Origin: Kiloniellaceae bacterium
GTDB taxonomy: Bacteria > Pseudomonadota > Alphaproteobacteria > Kiloniellales > Kiloniellaceae
Assembly (NCBI GenBank): GCA_050290145.1
Contig: JBNKHC010000307.1
Location: 2,772 to 66,771 of the forward strand
DNA: 64,000 nt
Direction: 5' to 3'
In this document: piece after piece, positions 63,165 to 64,000 of the stretch
Layout: the number at the start of each line of letters is the position of its first letter
Numbering within the stretch: the stretch's first letter is position 1
Made by a program: the position numbers and the translations under genes
Notes under the pieces: generated by a model
What the model was told of the DNA's origin: nothing
What the model saw: only the letters and a program-made list of their open reading frames with translations
Database searches by the model: none

Positions 63165-64000
63165 ATGACGATTTCAACGACAACGGCCAAGAGCCGCTAT
63201 GCCGGCGACGGTGCGACGACAAGCTTTCCCACCGGGTTCAAGTTCCTCGACAACGACCACGTGAAGGTGATCCTGCGCGGCGCCGACGGCAGTGAGACCA
63301 TCTGGAGCGAGGGCAGTGAATACTCCCTGAGCGGCGCCGGCTCGCCCGGCGGCGGTACGGTCACGGTCAACACCAGCCCGACCGACTACACCCCGGCAGC
63401 GGGCGAGACCCTGGTGGTGAAGCTGGCCGTGCCGGCGCGCCAGGAAACCTCCCTGCCGCTGGGTGGCGCCTTTCCCTCCACCGCCGTCGAAGGGATGGCC
63501 GACCTGGCCGCCTTGCGCGATCAGCAGGTGGAGGAGGCGCTGAGCCGCGCGCTGAAGTTCAAGGAGAGCACCGCGCTTGCGGAAATAGAGTTTCCGGAGC
63601 CGGAGGCGGGGAAGATCCTGGGGGTGAACGCCTCGGGGACCGGGTTGGAATGGCAGATCCCGCAGGAGGCAGCGGTGCCGGCCGGCGGCACCACCGGCCA
63701 GGCACTGCGCAAGGCCTCGGACGAGAGCTACGACGCGGAGTGGTTCACGCTTGGCGCCCTGGCGGCGCTGAGTAGTATCGCCGAGGCGCAGATCGACGAT
63801 GATGCCGTGAGCAACGCCAAGCTGGCGGAGATGGCCGAGGCGACCCTCAAGGGCCGGGCCGCCGGAGCAGGGGGCGGCGACCCGCAGGACCTGACGGCGG
63901 CACAGTTGTTGGCGGTCCTGCAGACGGTGGACGGCGCCGGCAGCAGCCTGGATGCGGACATGCTGGACGGCCTCGAAGCGGTGGCCTTCGAGTTGCTGGC
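63165..64000 (+). CDS. Tail fibre protein, 3' end beyond the window
   Basis: Hand-translated open frame from ATG 63165 (aggag RBS). MTISTTTAKSRYAGDGATTSFPTGFKFLDNDHVKVIL is typical of a T7-type fibre N-terminus. The later ..DAVSNAKLAEMA.. and ..SSLDADMLDG.. are common fibre motifs. Confidence 0.75.
   Translation, partial: MTISTTTAKSRYAGDGATTSFPTGFKFLDNDHVKVILRGADGSETIWSEGSEYSLSGAGSPGGGTVTVNTSPTDYTPAAGETLVVKLAVPARQETSLPLGGAFPSTAVEGMADLAALRDQQVEEALSRALKFKESTALAEIEFPEPEAGKILGVNASGTGLEWQIPQEAAVPAGGTTGQALRKASDESYDAEWFTLGALAALSSIAEAQIDDDAVSNAKLAEMAEATLKGRAAGAGGGDPQDLTAAQLLAVLQTVDGAGSSLDADMLDGLEAVAFELL

Larger units (their letters stand above)
39170..64000 (+). mobile_element. Podovirus (T7/BPP-1-like) structural/packaging module of a prophage or phage-derived element, continuing beyond the window
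   Basis: Collinear order of terS, terL, portal, scaffold, capsid, tubular A, tubular B, internal proteins and fibre on the + strand, interrupted by AT-richer insertions. No integrase, replication or lysis genes lie in the window. Confidence 0.8.

Overview
High-GC alphaproteobacterial chromosome window (lineage inferred from gene content such as divK-pleD, DUF1849 and DUF2336).

- **1-33.5 kb, ordinary core genes:** dinB, a ROK sugar kinase, divK-pleD, rpmG, an S41 protease, rnr, topA, dprA, plsY, pyrC-pyrB, a CoA-transferase, ruvX, gatCAB, two tandem YfcG-like GSTs, and a translationally coupled otsB-GH15-otsA-glk trehalose operon.
- **33.5-35.8 kb:** an AT-richer islet with an SOS-type (HTH + S24) phage repressor and two hypothetical genes.
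- **35.8-39.2 kb:** hspQ and an orphan tadE/tadE/tadG(vWA) trio.
- **About 39.2 kb to past the window end:** a T7/BPP-1-like podovirus structural module with terS, terL, portal, scaffold, capsid, tubular proteins A and B, internal virion proteins and a tail fibre. No integrase, replication or lysis genes are visible in the window.

**Main finding.** The structural module holds an array of five full or partial copies of an unrecognised ~205-aa N-terminal domain. The copies are about 90% identical by eye.
- The domain is fused to unrelated, AT-richer C-terminal cargo: a GH108 muramidase with a PG-binding domain, an SLT lytic transglycosylase, and a PT-TG-like segment followed by a nuclease-like module.
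- Two cargo genes are followed by small envelope-targeted genes that look like immunity genes.
- There are two recombination remnants and a duplicated ~160-bp 3' segment.
- I read this as a phage-borne polymorphic effector (virion cargo) array. This is not proven.

**Other points of interest:**
- two paralogous secreted 8-Cys mini-proteins inserted antisense between scaffold and capsid
- two paralogous GNAT-like genes
- an internal virion protein with a swapped C-terminus next to a Sel1-repeat gene
- a family of ATTGC...GCAAT palindromes linking the distal repressor islet to the structural promoters

All domain calls come from motif recognition by eye. No searches were run.
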